From the NCBI GenBank assembly GCA_020346185.1, contig CP070775.1, positions 844,528 to 908,527 of the forward strand: a stretch of 64,000 bases of DNA, written 5' to 3'. This stretch comes from Betaproteobacteria bacterium. GTDB taxonomy: Bacteria; Pseudomonadota; Gammaproteobacteria; Burkholderiales; Eutrophovitaceae. Shown here piece by piece: positions 33,666-43,969 of the stretch. Position 1 is the stretch's first letter, and each line of letters starts with the position of its first letter. The position numbers and the translations under genes were made by a program. The notes beneath the pieces are model-generated. The model was not told where the DNA came from and ran no database searches. It worked only from the letters and a program-made list of their open reading frames with translations.

Positions 33666-33871
33666 TTTTGCAGCTGCAAATTATTGTTAATGGGAAGAAT
33701 CTGATTATATCGTTGGCAATCGCCCTAAGTACCCAATCGGGCAGGAATTTTCCGATGCGGTCGGAGCCCCTGGCGAGACCGGTGCGCTTTCCGCAAGTGG
33801 GCATCGGCCTTTCGTTGTACCATCTGCCGACTTGGCCGTAGTATCTCCCGCTGGCCTGTCCGAGCACGACC

Positions 33872-34759
33872 ATGTCCAGAAAACATCCCATCATCGCTGT
33901 TACCGGATCCTCCGGTGCCGGCACGACCGCAGTACGCGCAACCTTTGAATCGCTGTTCGAAACGGAGTCGATTAACGCCACTTTTGTGGAGGGTGACAGT
34001 TTCCACAAGTACGAACGCGATGAAATGCGCAGACTGACCGATGAATGGGAGCGCACCGCCGGGCGCGCTATCAGTCACTTTGGGCCGGAAGCGAATCTGT
34101 TTGAAAATCTCGAAGCATTGTTCCGGGAGTATGGAGAACACGGTACCGGCACTACACGCCTTTATCTGCACGACGAGGAACGCGCCGCCCGCTACGGGCA
34201 AAACGCGGGAACATTCACACCTTGGCAAACACTTCCGGACAATACCGACCTGCTCGTGTACGAAGGATTGCACGGCGGCGTCGTTACCGATTCAGTCGAT
34301 ATCGCGCAGCATGTCGACCTTCTGATCGGCGTTACGCCCATTATCAATCTGGAGTGGATTCAGAAGATACAGCGCGATCTGCGCGAACGCGGCTATTCGC
34401 TCGACATGATCACGGATACCATCCTGGGGCGTATGCCGGATTACGTGCATTACATCACGCCGCAATTCTCGCGCACACATATCAACTTCCAGCGCGTGCC
34501 GACAGTAGACACATCAAACCCGTTTGCCGCTGTCACGATTCCCAGCCAGGAAGAGAGTTTCGTGGTGATCCGCTTTGCAACCCCTGAAGGTACTGACCTC
34601 GACGCGCTAAAGTCCGAAATCGGCGGAGCTTTTCGTTCGCGTCCTGACACGCTGGTCGCGCCCGGCGACGAATTCGATCACGCCATGCGTCTAATTCTGG
34701 AGCCGCGCGTGAAGGAACTGGTGGACGAGAGCAGACTCCTCAGAGAGGCCTCCGTATAA
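33872..34759 (+). CDS. prk: Phosphoribulokinase (bacterial class)
   Basis: 295-aa ORF. MSRKHPIIAVTGSSGAGTT (P-loop), FVEGDSFHKYER and YEGLHGG fit PRK. There are no neighbouring cbb genes. Confidence 0.85.
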   Translation: MSRKHPIIAVTGSSGAGTTAVRATFESLFETESINATFVEGDSFHKYERDEMRRLTDEWERTAGRAISHFGPEANLFENLEALFREYGEHGTGTTRLYLHDEERAARYGQNAGTFTPWQTLPDNTDLLVYEGLHGGVVTDSVDIAQHVDLLIGVTPIINLEWIQKIQRDLRERGYSLDMITDTILGRMPDYVHYITPQFSRTHINFQRVPTVDTSNPFAAVTIPSQEESFVVIRFATPEGTDLDALKSEIGGAFRSRPDTLVAPGDEFDHAMRLILEPRVKELVDESRLLREASV

Positions 34760-34846
34760 TGAGTCTTTGCCAGATGATCTACCGCCACAGCCATCGGGCA
34801 GCGGAACGGTACTGGTTCTGCGAACGCCTGACAGCTCCCCGATTTG

Positions 34847-37051
34847 ATGTCACAAGTTCTTGAAGGGCTCAATCCCGAGCAGCTCGAAGCGGTAACGCTT
34901 CCTCATTCTTCGGCCCTGATCCTTGCTGGCGCGGGTTCCGGAAAGACCAGAGTGCTCACCACACGCATCGCCTGGCTTATCCAGACCGGCCAGGTCAGCC
35001 CGCTCGCCATAATCGCCGTGACATTTACCAACAAGGCCGCGCGCGAGATGCTGACACGGATTTCAGCCATGCTGCCAATTAACACCCGCGGCATGTGGGT
35101 TGGGACTTTCCATGGTTTGTGTAACCGAATGCTGCGCGCGCACCACCGCGAGGCGGAGCTGCCCCAGGCGTTTCAGATTCTCGACAGTGCAGATCAATTG
35201 TCGATGGTCAAGCGCGTGATGCGTGGCCTCGGCGTTGATGATGAGAAGTATCCCCCCCGTCAGGCGCAGTATTTCATCAACGCCAACAAGGAAGAAGGCC
35301 TGCGGGCTCCGGCAGTAGAGGCCGTCGATGATTTTTCGCGTCATTTGCTCGATGTCTATGCTGCCTATGATGCGCAGTGCAATCGCGAGGGCGTGGTCGA
35401 TTTCGCCGAGCTGTTGCTGCGCTGTTTCGAGCTGTTGCAGAACAATGAACTGCTACGCACTCATTACCAGAGCCGCTTCAAGCACATCCTTGTAGACGAG
35501 TTCCAAGACACCAACCGACTGCAATACCTGTGGCTGAAACTTTTGGCAGGGTCGACGAGCACCATCATCGCGGTCGGCGATGATGACCAGTCAATCTATG
35601 CCTTCAGGGGTGCGCGCTCGGGCAACATGCTCGAGTTCGAACACGATTTTGGCGTTGGGAAAGTCATCAAGCTCGAGCAAAACTATCGCTCTCACGGCAA
35701 CATTCTTGACGCAGCCAACGCGCTGATTCGCAACAACCGCGCACGGCTAGGCAAAAACCTGTGGACGGCCGAGGGCAAGGGTGAACCGCTGCGCCTCTAC
35801 GAAGCAGCAACCGACGTCGACGAAGCGGCGTATATCCTCGAGGAAGTGCGTGCGCTGCAAGGCGATGGCGTTGGGCTTTCGGACATGGCATTGCTGTACC
35901 GTTCCAATGCGCAGTCGCGCGTGCTGGAACATGCCTTGTTCAACGCCGCAATACCCTACCGCGTGTATGGTGGCTTGCGCTTCTTTGAGCGGCAGGAAAT
36001 CAAGCACGCGTTGGCCTACTTGCGTCTGATCGCCAATCCGGAAGACGACGGCGCGATGTTGCGGGTCATCAATTTCCCGACCCGCGGAATTGGTAACCGG
36101 ACTCTCGAGCAATTGCAGGCAGGCGCACTGAACTCAGGTAGTAGTCTATGGCACAGTGCGTGTTCCAACCCGCCGGCCGGAAGAGCCGGTTCGGCCATTG
36201 CTGCATTTGTCCGGGTCATCGAAAGCATGCGTAACGCCACTGAGGGCTTGCCGTTGCCAGAAGTCGTCGAACATGTGATCGAGGCAAGCGGGCTGGTTAA
36301 TCACTACCGCAAGGAACGCGAAGGCGCGGACCGTGTCGAGAACCTCGAAGAGCTGGTCAACGCCGCCGCGGCGTTTGTTGCCGAAGAGGGCCTTGCCGTC
36401 TACGAGGCCGATTCTGCGAATGCCCCGACAACCAACGCCGATGAACAGGCCATCGAGCTTGAGCCGCTGACTGCGTTTCTTGCTCACGCCTCTCTGGAAG
36501 CGGGAGAAAACCAGGCCGCAGCGGGCGCGGATGCACTGCAGCTGATGACGGTACACTCGGCCAAAGGATTGGAATTTCACACAGTGTTCATCAGCGGTCT
36601 GGAGGAGGGCCTATTCCCCCACGAGAACAGCCTCAACGAGGAAGGTGGCCTGGAAGAAGAGCGACGCCTCATGTACGTGGCGATGACTCGCGCGCGGCGG
36701 CGGCTGTATCTTTCACACGCACAAACCCGCATGCTTCACGGGCAGACGCGTTATAACGTAGCGTCGAGATTCCTCGACGAAGTTCCGCAGGAATTGTTAA
36801 AACGGCTGGGCGCTGCGGTGCCGTCACTTGCCACGGGTTTTGCATCTGGTGAAGTCATGTCACGTCAGCGCGGCAAGCCGGTAACGGTCGGCGGTTTTCG
36901 AATCGGCCAGCACGTGCTGCACCCGAAATTCGGTTCCGGCGTAATTGTGCAGGCCGAGGGCAGCGGCGGCGATGCCCGCGTGCAGGTTAACTTTCGCGAT
37001 GACGGGCTGAAATGGCTAGCCTTGGAATACGCAAAGCTTTTGCCTGTGTAA
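34847..37051 (+). CDS. uvrD: DNA helicase II UvrD
   Basis: ORF from TTG 34844, with ATG 34847 preferred. SF1 helicase motifs seen: AGAGSGKT, TFTNKAA, VDEFQDTN, LEQNYRS and VHSAKGLEF. The length is about that of housekeeping UvrD. Confidence 0.9.
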   Translation: MSQVLEGLNPEQLEAVTLPHSSALILAGAGSGKTRVLTTRIAWLIQTGQVSPLAIIAVTFTNKAAREMLTRISAMLPINTRGMWVGTFHGLCNRMLRAHHREAELPQAFQILDSADQLSMVKRVMRGLGVDDEKYPPRQAQYFINANKEEGLRAPAVEAVDDFSRHLLDVYAAYDAQCNREGVVDFAELLLRCFELLQNNELLRTHYQSRFKHILVDEFQDTNRLQYLWLKLLAGSTSTIIAVGDDDQSIYAFRGARSGNMLEFEHDFGVGKVIKLEQNYRSHGNILDAANALIRNNRARLGKNLWTAEGKGEPLRLYEAATDVDEAAYILEEVRALQGDGVGLSDMALLYRSNAQSRVLEHALFNAAIPYRVYGGLRFFERQEIKHALAYLRLIANPEDDGAMLRVINFPTRGIGNRTLEQLQAGALNSGSSLWHSACSNPPAGRAGSAIAAFVRVIESMRNATEGLPLPEVVEHVIEASGLVNHYRKEREGADRVENLEELVNAAAAFVAEEGLAVYEADSANAPTTNADEQAIELEPLTAFLAHASLEAGENQAAAGADALQLMTVHSAKGLEFHTVFISGLEEGLFPHENSLNEEGGLEEERRLMYVAMTRARRRLYLSHAQTRMLHGQTRYNVASRFLDEVPQELLKRLGAAVPSLATGFASGEVMSRQRGKPVTVGGFRIGQHVLHPKFGSGVIVQAEGSGGDARVQVNFRDDGLKWLALEYAKLLPV

Positions 37052-37282
37052 GCGGTTCGACGCTTGCGAGGTTCGCCTAACGAACCGCTCACCGCAAAGG
37101 TGGCAGAGAAAAACGGCAAGACGCACGCGCCTCATCGTCTCGGAACAGAAATCCGATCGCGGGTTCGTTGGGTCTCTACGCTTCGCAACTTGTGACTGTC
37201 CTAAGGGGTTTCTTCACCTCCGCATCCGCGGTGAGAGCCTGCGAAAACGCTCCCTTTCCGTTCGAACGGGCGAAGGCGAGTT

Positions 37283-38227
37283 TTATGTCGGCAGGGCTTG
37301 TGGCGCATTATTACGATGCGTCAGGAGCAGCTGACGAAACGGCTCGGGATCGTGCGCGTGTGTCAGCTCACCGGGCCGCGGCAGATGAAAATCGTACAGA
37401 CGCGAGACCCAGAACCTGAGCGCGCCGGCCCTTAGCATGGCCGGCCACAGTTCACGTTCGAGTTCGGTAAACTCGCGCACCGATGCGTATGCACGCAACA
37501 TCGTCTCGCTGCGGTGCACATCAAGCGTTGCGTCCGGATTCGAGCACCAATCGTTGACCGCTATCGCGACGTCATAAATCAGCGAGTCAACACAGGCAAA
37601 ATAGAAATCAATGATCCCGCCAACGATGTCGCCATCGATCAGCACGTTGTCGCGGAACAGGTCAGCATGTACAGGCCCTTGCGGCAAGCCTTCTCGCGAG
37701 ACACCGGCCTGGAACTCAATTTCTGATCGCAGCAGTTGCGTGTCGTCGTCACTCAGGAAGGGATAGATTTCAGGCGCGACTGCAGTCCACCATTTGGCAC
37801 CACGAAGGTTGTCGAGATGCTGCTTGAAGGTCAGACCCGAAAGATGCATGTCTGCCAGTTGTTCGCCAACCAACGCGCAATGAGCGGGCGTGGGATGCAT
37901 CACGGGTTTTCCCGGCAGACGCGTGACGATCGCCGCCGGCTTGCCATTCAATTCTCCAAGGAATTCATTCTGCAAATTGGCAATCGGTTTGGGTGCCGGC
38001 ACTCCGTGATTGCTCAAGTGCGCCATCAGATTCAGGTAGAACGGTAGCTCTTTCGGCGTCAATTTCTCGAAAAGCGTCAGCACGTAGCGGCCGTGACTGA
38101 CGGTTAAAAAATAGTTTGTGTTCTCGATCCCCGACAGAATGCCTTCGAGCTCGACCAGCGACCCGATTGAATAGTTGCGTAGCCAGGCGCGAGCCTGATC
38201 CGGGGTAACTGTTGTAAAGACCGACAT
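37283..38227 (-). CDS. thrB: Homoserine kinase, APH-fold (Pseudomonas-type ThrB)
   Basis: 314-aa ORF. GIENTNYFL and the kinase catalytic loop HADLFRDNVL are present. The family is typical of organisms lacking a GHMP-type ThrB. Confidence 0.85.
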   Translation of the reverse strand: MSVFTTVTPDQARAWLRNYSIGSLVELEGILSGIENTNYFLTVSHGRYVLTLFEKLTPKELPFYLNLMAHLSNHGVPAPKPIANLQNEFLGELNGKPAAIVTRLPGKPVMHPTPAHCALVGEQLADMHLSGLTFKQHLDNLRGAKWWTAVAPEIYPFLSDDDTQLLRSEIEFQAGVSREGLPQGPVHADLFRDNVLIDGDIVGGIIDFYFACVDSLIYDVAIAVNDWCSNPDATLDVHRSETMLRAYASVREFTELERELWPAMLRAGALRFWVSRLYDFHLPRPGELTHAHDPEPFRQLLLTHRNNAPQALPT

Positions 38228-38257
38228 CGGACGAAAGTTGAAGTACCGGCGTGCGCC

Positions 38258-38986
38258 TCAAAGGTTTAGCTGCGCTTCGCGCTCGGCGGCGGACGGCTCA
38301 AAGGCCCGCTTCTCGTAGTAACTGAATATCGCATCGACAATCTGTTGTGGCTCGTCGAGTACCTGGATGAGATTCATGTCCTCCGGACTGATCATGTTCT
38401 CGTTGACGAGCCGCTCCCTGATCCAGTCGACCAAACCTGCCCAAAAGGGTGAGTGCACCAGAATAATCGGAATACGGCGAACTTTTCCGGTCTGGACCAG
38501 CGTCAAGGCTTCCATCAACTCGTCCAGAGTGCCGAACCCTCCGGGCATAACGACATAGGCTGACGCGAATTTGACAAACATCACTTTGCGCGCGAAGAAA
38601 TGGCGAAAGCTCTGGCTGATGTCCTGAAATGGATTAGCCACCTGTTCGTGCGGTAACTGTATATTCAGCCCGATAGAAAGCGATTTTCCGTAGTACGCCC
38701 CCTTGTTGGCAGCCTCCATGATGCCTGGTCCACCGCCGGATATCACTGCGAATCCAGCATCTGACAAACTGCGCGCGATCTGTCTCGTCAGCTCATAGTA
38801 CTCATGGCCTTCCTGTACCCGTGCGCTGCCGAAGACCGATACCGCTGGCCGGATGTGGGCGAGTCGTTCAGTAGCCTCGACGAACTCTGCCATAATTCCA
38901 AAGACTCTCCACGACTCGCGCGCGGACCAAGTCTTTTCCACAAGTTCGGGGGCGATCGGGGTCAATGTTTTCTGCGTTTCGCTCAT
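38258..38986 (-). CDS. LOG family (TIGR00730) nucleotide 5'-monophosphate nucleosidase
   Basis: ORF 38258-39061 (-). Likely start MSETQKTL at ATG 38986. Motifs GGGPGIMEA and PGGFGTLDE are present. Confidence 0.8.
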   Translation of the reverse strand: MSETQKTLTPIAPELVEKTWSARESWRVFGIMAEFVEATERLAHIRPAVSVFGSARVQEGHEYYELTRQIARSLSDAGFAVISGGGPGIMEAANKGAYYGKSLSIGLNIQLPHEQVANPFQDISQSFRHFFARKVMFVKFASAYVVMPGGFGTLDELMEALTLVQTGKVRRIPIILVHSPFWAGLVDWIRERLVNENMISPEDMNLIQVLDEPQQIVDAIFSYYEKRAFEPSAAEREAQLNL

Positions 38987-39012
38987 TCTTGGCTCTCGTG
39001 CAGCCTTCACCG

Positions 39013-41718
39013 ATGAAAAAACTTGTTCTGATTGACGGCTCTTCCTATCTGTATCGCGCATTTCACGCGATGCCAGACCTGCGCAACCGGAACGGAGAGC
39101 CGACCGGGGCTATCTACGGTGTCATCAATATGCTGCGGCGCTTGCGCAAGGAGACCGCGGCGGATTATATCGCCTGCGTATTCGACGCAAAAGGCAAAAC
39201 ATTTCGCGATGACCTGTATCCCGAGTACAAAGCAAATCGCCCGCCAATGCCGGATGAGCTCGCATCGCAGATCGAACCCCTGCACGAATGCATACGTGCA
39301 ATGGGAATCGCGCTGATCAACGAGAACGGCGTCGAAGCCGACGATGTCATCGCTACGCTTACAACACAGGCAGGAGAGAGAGGCATCGAAACCATCATTT
39401 CGACCGGTGACAAGGACATCGTGCAGCTGGTGCAACCCGGCGTAAGTCTCGTCAACACGATGTCCAACGAGACGCTGGACGAAGAGGGTGTAAAGAACAA
39501 ATTTGGTGTCAGACCCGACCAGATGGTGGACTACCAAACGCTGGTAGGCGACTCTGTAGACAACGTTCCGGGTGTCGAGAAAGTAGGGCCGAAGACAGCC
39601 GTCAAGTGGCTGACGCTGTACGGCAGCCTCGACGAGATCATGGCTCATGCCGACGAAATAGGCGGCAAAGTCGGCGAGAACCTTCGCGCCGCGAGGGACT
39701 GGCTCCCTACTGCGCGCACCCTGGTCACACTGAAACGTGATCTCAAGCTGCCGTTCAAACCCGAAGACCTGGCACCAACCGATGAAGACCTTGACCGGCT
39801 CACCGATTTGTTCAGCAAACTCGGCTTCAGGACGTGGCTGACCGAGGTCAAGAGCCGAGGGGCCGCGCTGGGAATTGGCCAGCCGGGCAATGAGGCCACG
39901 ACCGAGAAGGCAAGGCGCAACTATCAACTGGTGTTGAGCGAAGACGCGCTCGACGCCTGGCTCGAGCGGATAAACAATGCCGGCCTGGTATCAATAGACA
40001 CTGAGACCACCGGTCTCGACCCGATGACGTCAAGGTTAGTTGGTGTTTCGCTGAGCACCGAGCCCGGAACGGCGGCTTATATACCGGTTGCTCACGATTA
40101 CGCCGGCGCGCCAGTGCAGCTGCCCCTGCCAACCGTGCTCGAAAAACTGAGACCGTGGCTCGAAGACCCGAACAAGAAGAAACTCGGCCAGAATATGAAG
40201 TACGACATGCACATCTTCGCCAACCATGGCGTCCGGGTGGCCGGCGTGGCGCACGACACGCTGTTGCAGTCTTATGTACTTGAAAGCCATCGCTCCCATG
40301 ATATGGACAGCCTGGCAGTGCGCCACCTTGGAATCAAGACCGTCAGCTACGATGAGATCACCGGCAAGGGCGCGTCACGAATCCCGTTCAACCAGGTCGA
40401 TCTCGAACAGGCCAGTGCATATGCCGCCGAGGACGCAGATATCACGCTGCAGTTGCACCAGGAAATGTTCCCGGCAGTCAAACGCGACGAAAAGTTGATG
40501 AGCGTCTACGACGCAATCGAAATGCCGGTAATGGGCGTACTGTTTGCGATGGAGCGGCATGGTGTATTGCTCGATACTATGGCACTGGCGCGTCAGACTC
40601 GTGAACTCGCTGAGCGTCTTGCCGGCCTCGAGAAAGAGGCGCACGAGCAAGCCGGACAACCATTTAACCTCGGCTCGCCCAAGCAGTTACAGGAGATTCT
40701 GTTCGTCAATAAAGAACTGCCGGTCATCAAGAAAACGCCGGGGGGACAGCCGTCAACCAACGAGGACGTGCTGCAACAACTCGCACTCGACCACCCGCTG
40801 CCCAAACTCATTCTTGAGCACCGGGCGTTGTCTAAACTGAAGTCGACCTATACCGACAAGCTGCCAAGAATGGTGAACCCGGAGACGGGGCGCGTGCACA
40901 CCAACTATGCACAGGCGGTCGCCAATACCGGGCGGCTGGCCAGTAACGATCCAAATCTGCAGAACATACCGGTTCGTACGCCCGAAGGCCGCCGTGTGCG
41001 TGAAGCTTTCATCGCTCCGGGCGGTTGCAGTATCGTCTCTGCTGACTATTCCCAGATTGAATTACGCATCATGGCGCACTTGTCTCAGGATGAGAGTTTG
41101 CTGTCCGCGTTCCGCGGAGGCGCTGACGTGCATCGCCATACCGCCTCGGAAATCTTCGGTGTCGAAGCAGCTGACATTACCAGCGAACAGCGCCGCTATG
41201 CCAAAGTCATTAATTTCGGTCTGATTTACGGCATGTCCGCCTTTGGCCTGGCATCACAGCTGGGAATCGAACGCGCCGCCGCCCAGCAATACATCGACCG
41301 GTATTTTTCGCGCTATCCGGGCGTCGCCGATTACATGCAGCGCACGCGCGAAACTGCGCGAGAACTGGGTTACGTTGAAACCGTATTCGGACGCCGTTTG
41401 TATCTGGCCGAAATCAGGGCATCCAATCACCAGCGCCGCCAGGCCGCCGAGCGCGCCGCAATCAATGCGCCGATGCAGGGCACCGCCGCCGATTTGATCA
41501 AGTTGTCAATGATCGCCGTTCACAACTGGATCGCAACCCAGAAGCTTGCTTCGCGCATGATCATGCAGGTGCATGATGAACTTGTTCTCGAAGTGCCGGA
41601 TACAGAACTCGACATAATGAAAAAGGAGGTCCCCGAACTGATGTCGGGTGTGGCACAGCTGGACGTACCGTTGGTAGCCGATGTCGGGGCCGGGCCGAAC
41701 TGGGAGCAGGCCCATTGA
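39013..41718 (+). CDS. polA: DNA polymerase I
   Basis: ORF 38965-41718. Conserved start MKKLVLIDGSSYLYRAFHAM at ATG 39013. It has 5'-nuclease and 3'-5' exonuclease (IDTETTGLD) domains. Polymerase motifs seen: DYSQIELR, RRYAKVINFGLIYG and QVHDELV. Confidence 0.95.
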   Translation: MKKLVLIDGSSYLYRAFHAMPDLRNRNGEPTGAIYGVINMLRRLRKETAADYIACVFDAKGKTFRDDLYPEYKANRPPMPDELASQIEPLHECIRAMGIALINENGVEADDVIATLTTQAGERGIETIISTGDKDIVQLVQPGVSLVNTMSNETLDEEGVKNKFGVRPDQMVDYQTLVGDSVDNVPGVEKVGPKTAVKWLTLYGSLDEIMAHADEIGGKVGENLRAARDWLPTARTLVTLKRDLKLPFKPEDLAPTDEDLDRLTDLFSKLGFRTWLTEVKSRGAALGIGQPGNEATTEKARRNYQLVLSEDALDAWLERINNAGLVSIDTETTGLDPMTSRLVGVSLSTEPGTAAYIPVAHDYAGAPVQLPLPTVLEKLRPWLEDPNKKKLGQNMKYDMHIFANHGVRVAGVAHDTLLQSYVLESHRSHDMDSLAVRHLGIKTVSYDEITGKGASRIPFNQVDLEQASAYAAEDADITLQLHQEMFPAVKRDEKLMSVYDAIEMPVMGVLFAMERHGVLLDTMALARQTRELAERLAGLEKEAHEQAGQPFNLGSPKQLQEILFVNKELPVIKKTPGGQPSTNEDVLQQLALDHPLPKLILEHRALSKLKSTYTDKLPRMVNPETGRVHTNYAQAVANTGRLASNDPNLQNIPVRTPEGRRVREAFIAPGGCSIVSADYSQIELRIMAHLSQDESLLSAFRGGADVHRHTASEIFGVEAADITSEQRRYAKVINFGLIYGMSAFGLASQLGIERAAAQQYIDRYFSRYPGVADYMQRTRETARELGYVETVFGRRLYLAEIRASNHQRRQAAERAAINAPMQGTAADLIKLSMIAVHNWIATQKLASRMIMQVHDELVLEVPDTELDIMKKEVPELMSGVAQLDVPLVADVGAGPNWEQAH

Positions 41719-41724
41719 CCCCTC

Positions 41725-42142
41725 TCACCGCTGCGAACACAGAGGCAAAACCGTGACAAGACGCGGATAACTTTGGGATTTACGCTGCAGGCCGTCTTTT
41801 TCCAGCCGCCAGCGCAGCGTGTCGCTGCGGCCCTGTCCAAAGAACGGTTCGCCGTTGATTGCAAATGTCGGCAAGCCCCAGTAACCGCATGCCTCGAGGT
41901 AGCACTGGTTGGTCGCGACTTCCTCGCGATGTGACGCCGGATCGGAAATCGCCTGGTCCATACTGTCGAGGTCGAAGCCGATTCTGACATTCTCGGGATT
42001 GAAAAGATCCGGTTGCCGCAATGCCAGTAACGACACCGGCCACAGATTTCATGACACATCGAAATGAGTCTCAATCGCCAAAGCCCTTGGCGTCGCGAGA
42101 TTAGGAGTACGGGCTGCCGGACGAATAGAACAGATTAACCAT
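41725..42142 (-). pseudogene. Decayed DsbA-like 2-hydroxychromene-2-carboxylate isomerase family gene
   Basis: ATG 42142 opens MVNLFYSSGSPYS, the typical family N-terminus, then reaches an in-frame TAA at 42103-42101. The C-terminal half (ACGYWGLPTFAINGEPFFGQGRSDTLRWRL, ORF 41725-42036) is in another frame. The total span is about 140 codons, against an expected ~200. Confidence 0.55.
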
Positions 42143-42341
42143 GCCTGACACCGGAATCCTCAAGTTGCTGTTTCTCGCTGCGTTACGCAAACGATTGTAG
42201 AACCATGTTGGCAGTCGCGCCGCGTTGATGGCGCCGGTTCAGGGTTTGCAGTAGTGTATTGCTCACACGCGCTACAGCAAGATCGCGGCTGTTTCGTCGC
42301 TACGCTGTCGGGCATAAAGACCAGGAGGAGGTTCGAAATCA

Positions 42342-42704
42342 ATGGGAGATGTACACTTCTTCAACTTGAATGATCTCTCCCAGGGGATAGCGCGAGACCT
42401 CACGGAAGAACTGCGCACACGCATCTTTCGTGGAGAAAGCGTCATAATCTCGGTGGTGGTTAAACCGAACAAATCGGGTGCAATACACAACCACTTCGAG
42501 CGACAACCGGGTGTCATGCTCGAGGGTGACGGCGGGCGTATTCAGGACGGTGTCGAACATTTGGTGAAGGCAGGGAAATTGTGGCGGACGCCAGGCAACG
42601 CATCGCATAGCTTTGTTGGCGGTCCTGGTGGCGCGGTAATTCTGGATATCTTCAGCGCGCCGCTCGAGGAATACAAGAAGGCCGATTCCGGCGTCGGCAA
42701 CTGA
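42342..42704 (+). CDS. Cupin domain protein
   Basis: 120-aa ORF with a good SD (AGGAGGAG, 8-9 nt upstream). Cupin motif 1 is GAIHNHFERQPGVMLEG and motif 2 is GKLWRTPGNASHSF. Confidence 0.65.
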   Translation: MGDVHFFNLNDLSQGIARDLTEELRTRIFRGESVIISVVVKPNKSGAIHNHFERQPGVMLEGDGGRIQDGVEHLVKAGKLWRTPGNASHSFVGGPGGAVILDIFSAPLEEYKKADSGVGN

Positions 42705-42728
42705 ATCGTCCGCGTCACAAACAACCAC

Positions 42729-43601
42729 ATGACCAAAACCTGCCTCGGCCCCGATCCAAATCCACAGCCACCAAGATTCACCATGCCGCCAAAGGCATGC
42801 GATTGCCATGCGCACGTGCTCGGCCCACCGAAAAAGTATCCCTATGTTCCGGACCGTTCCTACACACCGCCCACGGCGTGCCTGAAGGATTATCAGACCC
42901 TACATCGGGTGCTGGGCATTGAACGGGCAGTCATCGTCCAACCGTCAGTACACGGTACCGACAATCAGGTCACTCTGGACGGCATTGCCGGCTACGGTCC
43001 GAATGCGCGCGGCGTTGCCGTGGTGGATCCCGGCGCGAGCGACCATGAACTTCAGCAGCTTGACGACGGCGGCATGCGCGGCGTGCGGCTGAATCTGTTA
43101 TTCGGTGGCGGCGTCGGCCTGCATGCATTGGAGCCACTGGCGGAACGCATTGCCGACATGGGCTGGCATGTTCAGTTGCTGCTCGATGCGCGCGATCTGG
43201 TGGAGCTGGCGCCAAGGCTGCGCAAGCTGCCCGTTCCGGTGGTAGTGGATCACATGGGCCACATGAAGACCAACCACGGTATCGACCATCCGGGCTTCCA
43301 GATACTGACTGAACTGGTGCGCGCCGGCGTGTGCTGGGTCAAGCTGTCGGGCAATTACCGCATATCTTCTGCAGGGCCACCCTACAAGGATGTAATTCCT
43401 TTTGCGCGCACCCTAATCGAGGCGGCGCCGCAGCGCATGATTTGGGGAACCGACTGGCCACATCCGGCGCTTTCCGATTTCATGCCCAATGACGGTGATC
43501 TGCTAAACGCCCTTGACGACTACGCGCCTGACGCGAACCTTAAGAAGACGATACTGGTGGACAACCCGGCACGCCTGTACGGCTTCGCGAATCACGACTA
43601 G
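42729..43601 (+). CDS. Amidohydrolase-2 family hydrolase (LigI / 2-pyrone-4,6-dicarboxylate lactonase-like)
   Basis: 290-aa ORF. Metal motif CDCHAHV, VDHMGH and the C-terminal WGTDWPHP are present. Confidence 0.75.
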   Translation: MTKTCLGPDPNPQPPRFTMPPKACDCHAHVLGPPKKYPYVPDRSYTPPTACLKDYQTLHRVLGIERAVIVQPSVHGTDNQVTLDGIAGYGPNARGVAVVDPGASDHELQQLDDGGMRGVRLNLLFGGGVGLHALEPLAERIADMGWHVQLLLDARDLVELAPRLRKLPVPVVVDHMGHMKTNHGIDHPGFQILTELVRAGVCWVKLSGNYRISSAGPPYKDVIPFARTLIEAAPQRMIWGTDWPHPALSDFMPNDGDLLNALDDYAPDANLKKTILVDNPARLYGFANHD

Positions 43602-43656
43602 CGCTCCATCTGCTCGCCGGGACAGTGAAGAGAACTACCATATCAGGCAATAAAGC

Positions 43657-43678
43657 GCACCGCCGGTAAACGCGGTGC
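43657..43678 (-). terminator. Perfect 7-bp hairpin between convergent genes
   Basis: Stem GCACCGC (43657-43663) pairs with GCGGTGC (43672-43678) around an 8-nt loop. On the minus strand CTTTATTG follows. It could terminate the small minus-strand ORF at 43730-43969. Confidence 0.35.
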
Positions 43679-43729
43679 ATAAATACGGGAGAGGGTCAGC
43701 GAGGATTCTGTTACTTCAGCGTGTGCAAA

Positions 43730-43969
43730 TTAAAATCTTTTAGGAATTTTTTGGTTACGATCGCGACACGCATGGCTGCACTTTTTCCCGTCGGTATGTT
43801 TCGAGACAACCGGCCTGTCCAGATGAACGTGCTCGGCAGCTCGAGCAACGGCTTCATGCCCTGAAAAGCCAACGCGGATAAACCGGGCGTGAGGCACCGC
43901 TCCTGCTGCGCCGGCTGTAAATGTGAGCCCCAGTGCGACGGCTCCAACTATGGCTTTAGTTGCTGACAT
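43730..43969 (-). CDS. Hypothetical small secreted, His-rich protein
   Basis: 79-aa ORF preceded by GAAGAGGA 9 nt upstream of the ATG. The N-terminus is signal-peptide-like (MSATKAIVGAVALGLTFTAGAAGA) and the mature part has 6 His. I recognise no family. The 3' end lies in an AT-rich patch. Confidence 0.3.
   Translation of the reverse strand: MSATKAIVGAVALGLTFTAGAAGAVPHARFIRVGFSGHEAVARAAEHVHLDRPVVSKHTDGKKCSHACRDRNQKIPKRF

Noticed and set aside
32310-33704. 464-aa plus-strand ORF
   Set aside because: It is entirely antisense to leuS, whose identity is unambiguous. This is a typical long shadow ORF in GC-rich DNA. The same applies to 22167-23075 (antisense to gatA), 39007-39927 (antisense to polA), 4278-5084 and 7077-7802 (antisense to the DUF3683 gene), 33725-34273 (antisense to prk) and 59523-60053 (antisense to the receptor gene).
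34847-37051. UvrD-like helicase as part of a defence system
   Set aside because: It has full-length canonical UvrD motifs and size, and a housekeeping neighbourhood (prk, thrB, polA). There is no associated nuclease or ATPase partner.
37052-37282. Possible REP-like or repeat structure between uvrD and thrB (GCGGTTCG...CGAACCGC hairpin and partial re-occurrence of GCGGGTTCG...ACGCTTCGCA)
   Set aside because: The similarity between the two segments is short and gapped. There is no T tract and no second copy elsewhere in the window, so it is not strong enough to call a repeat family or a terminator.
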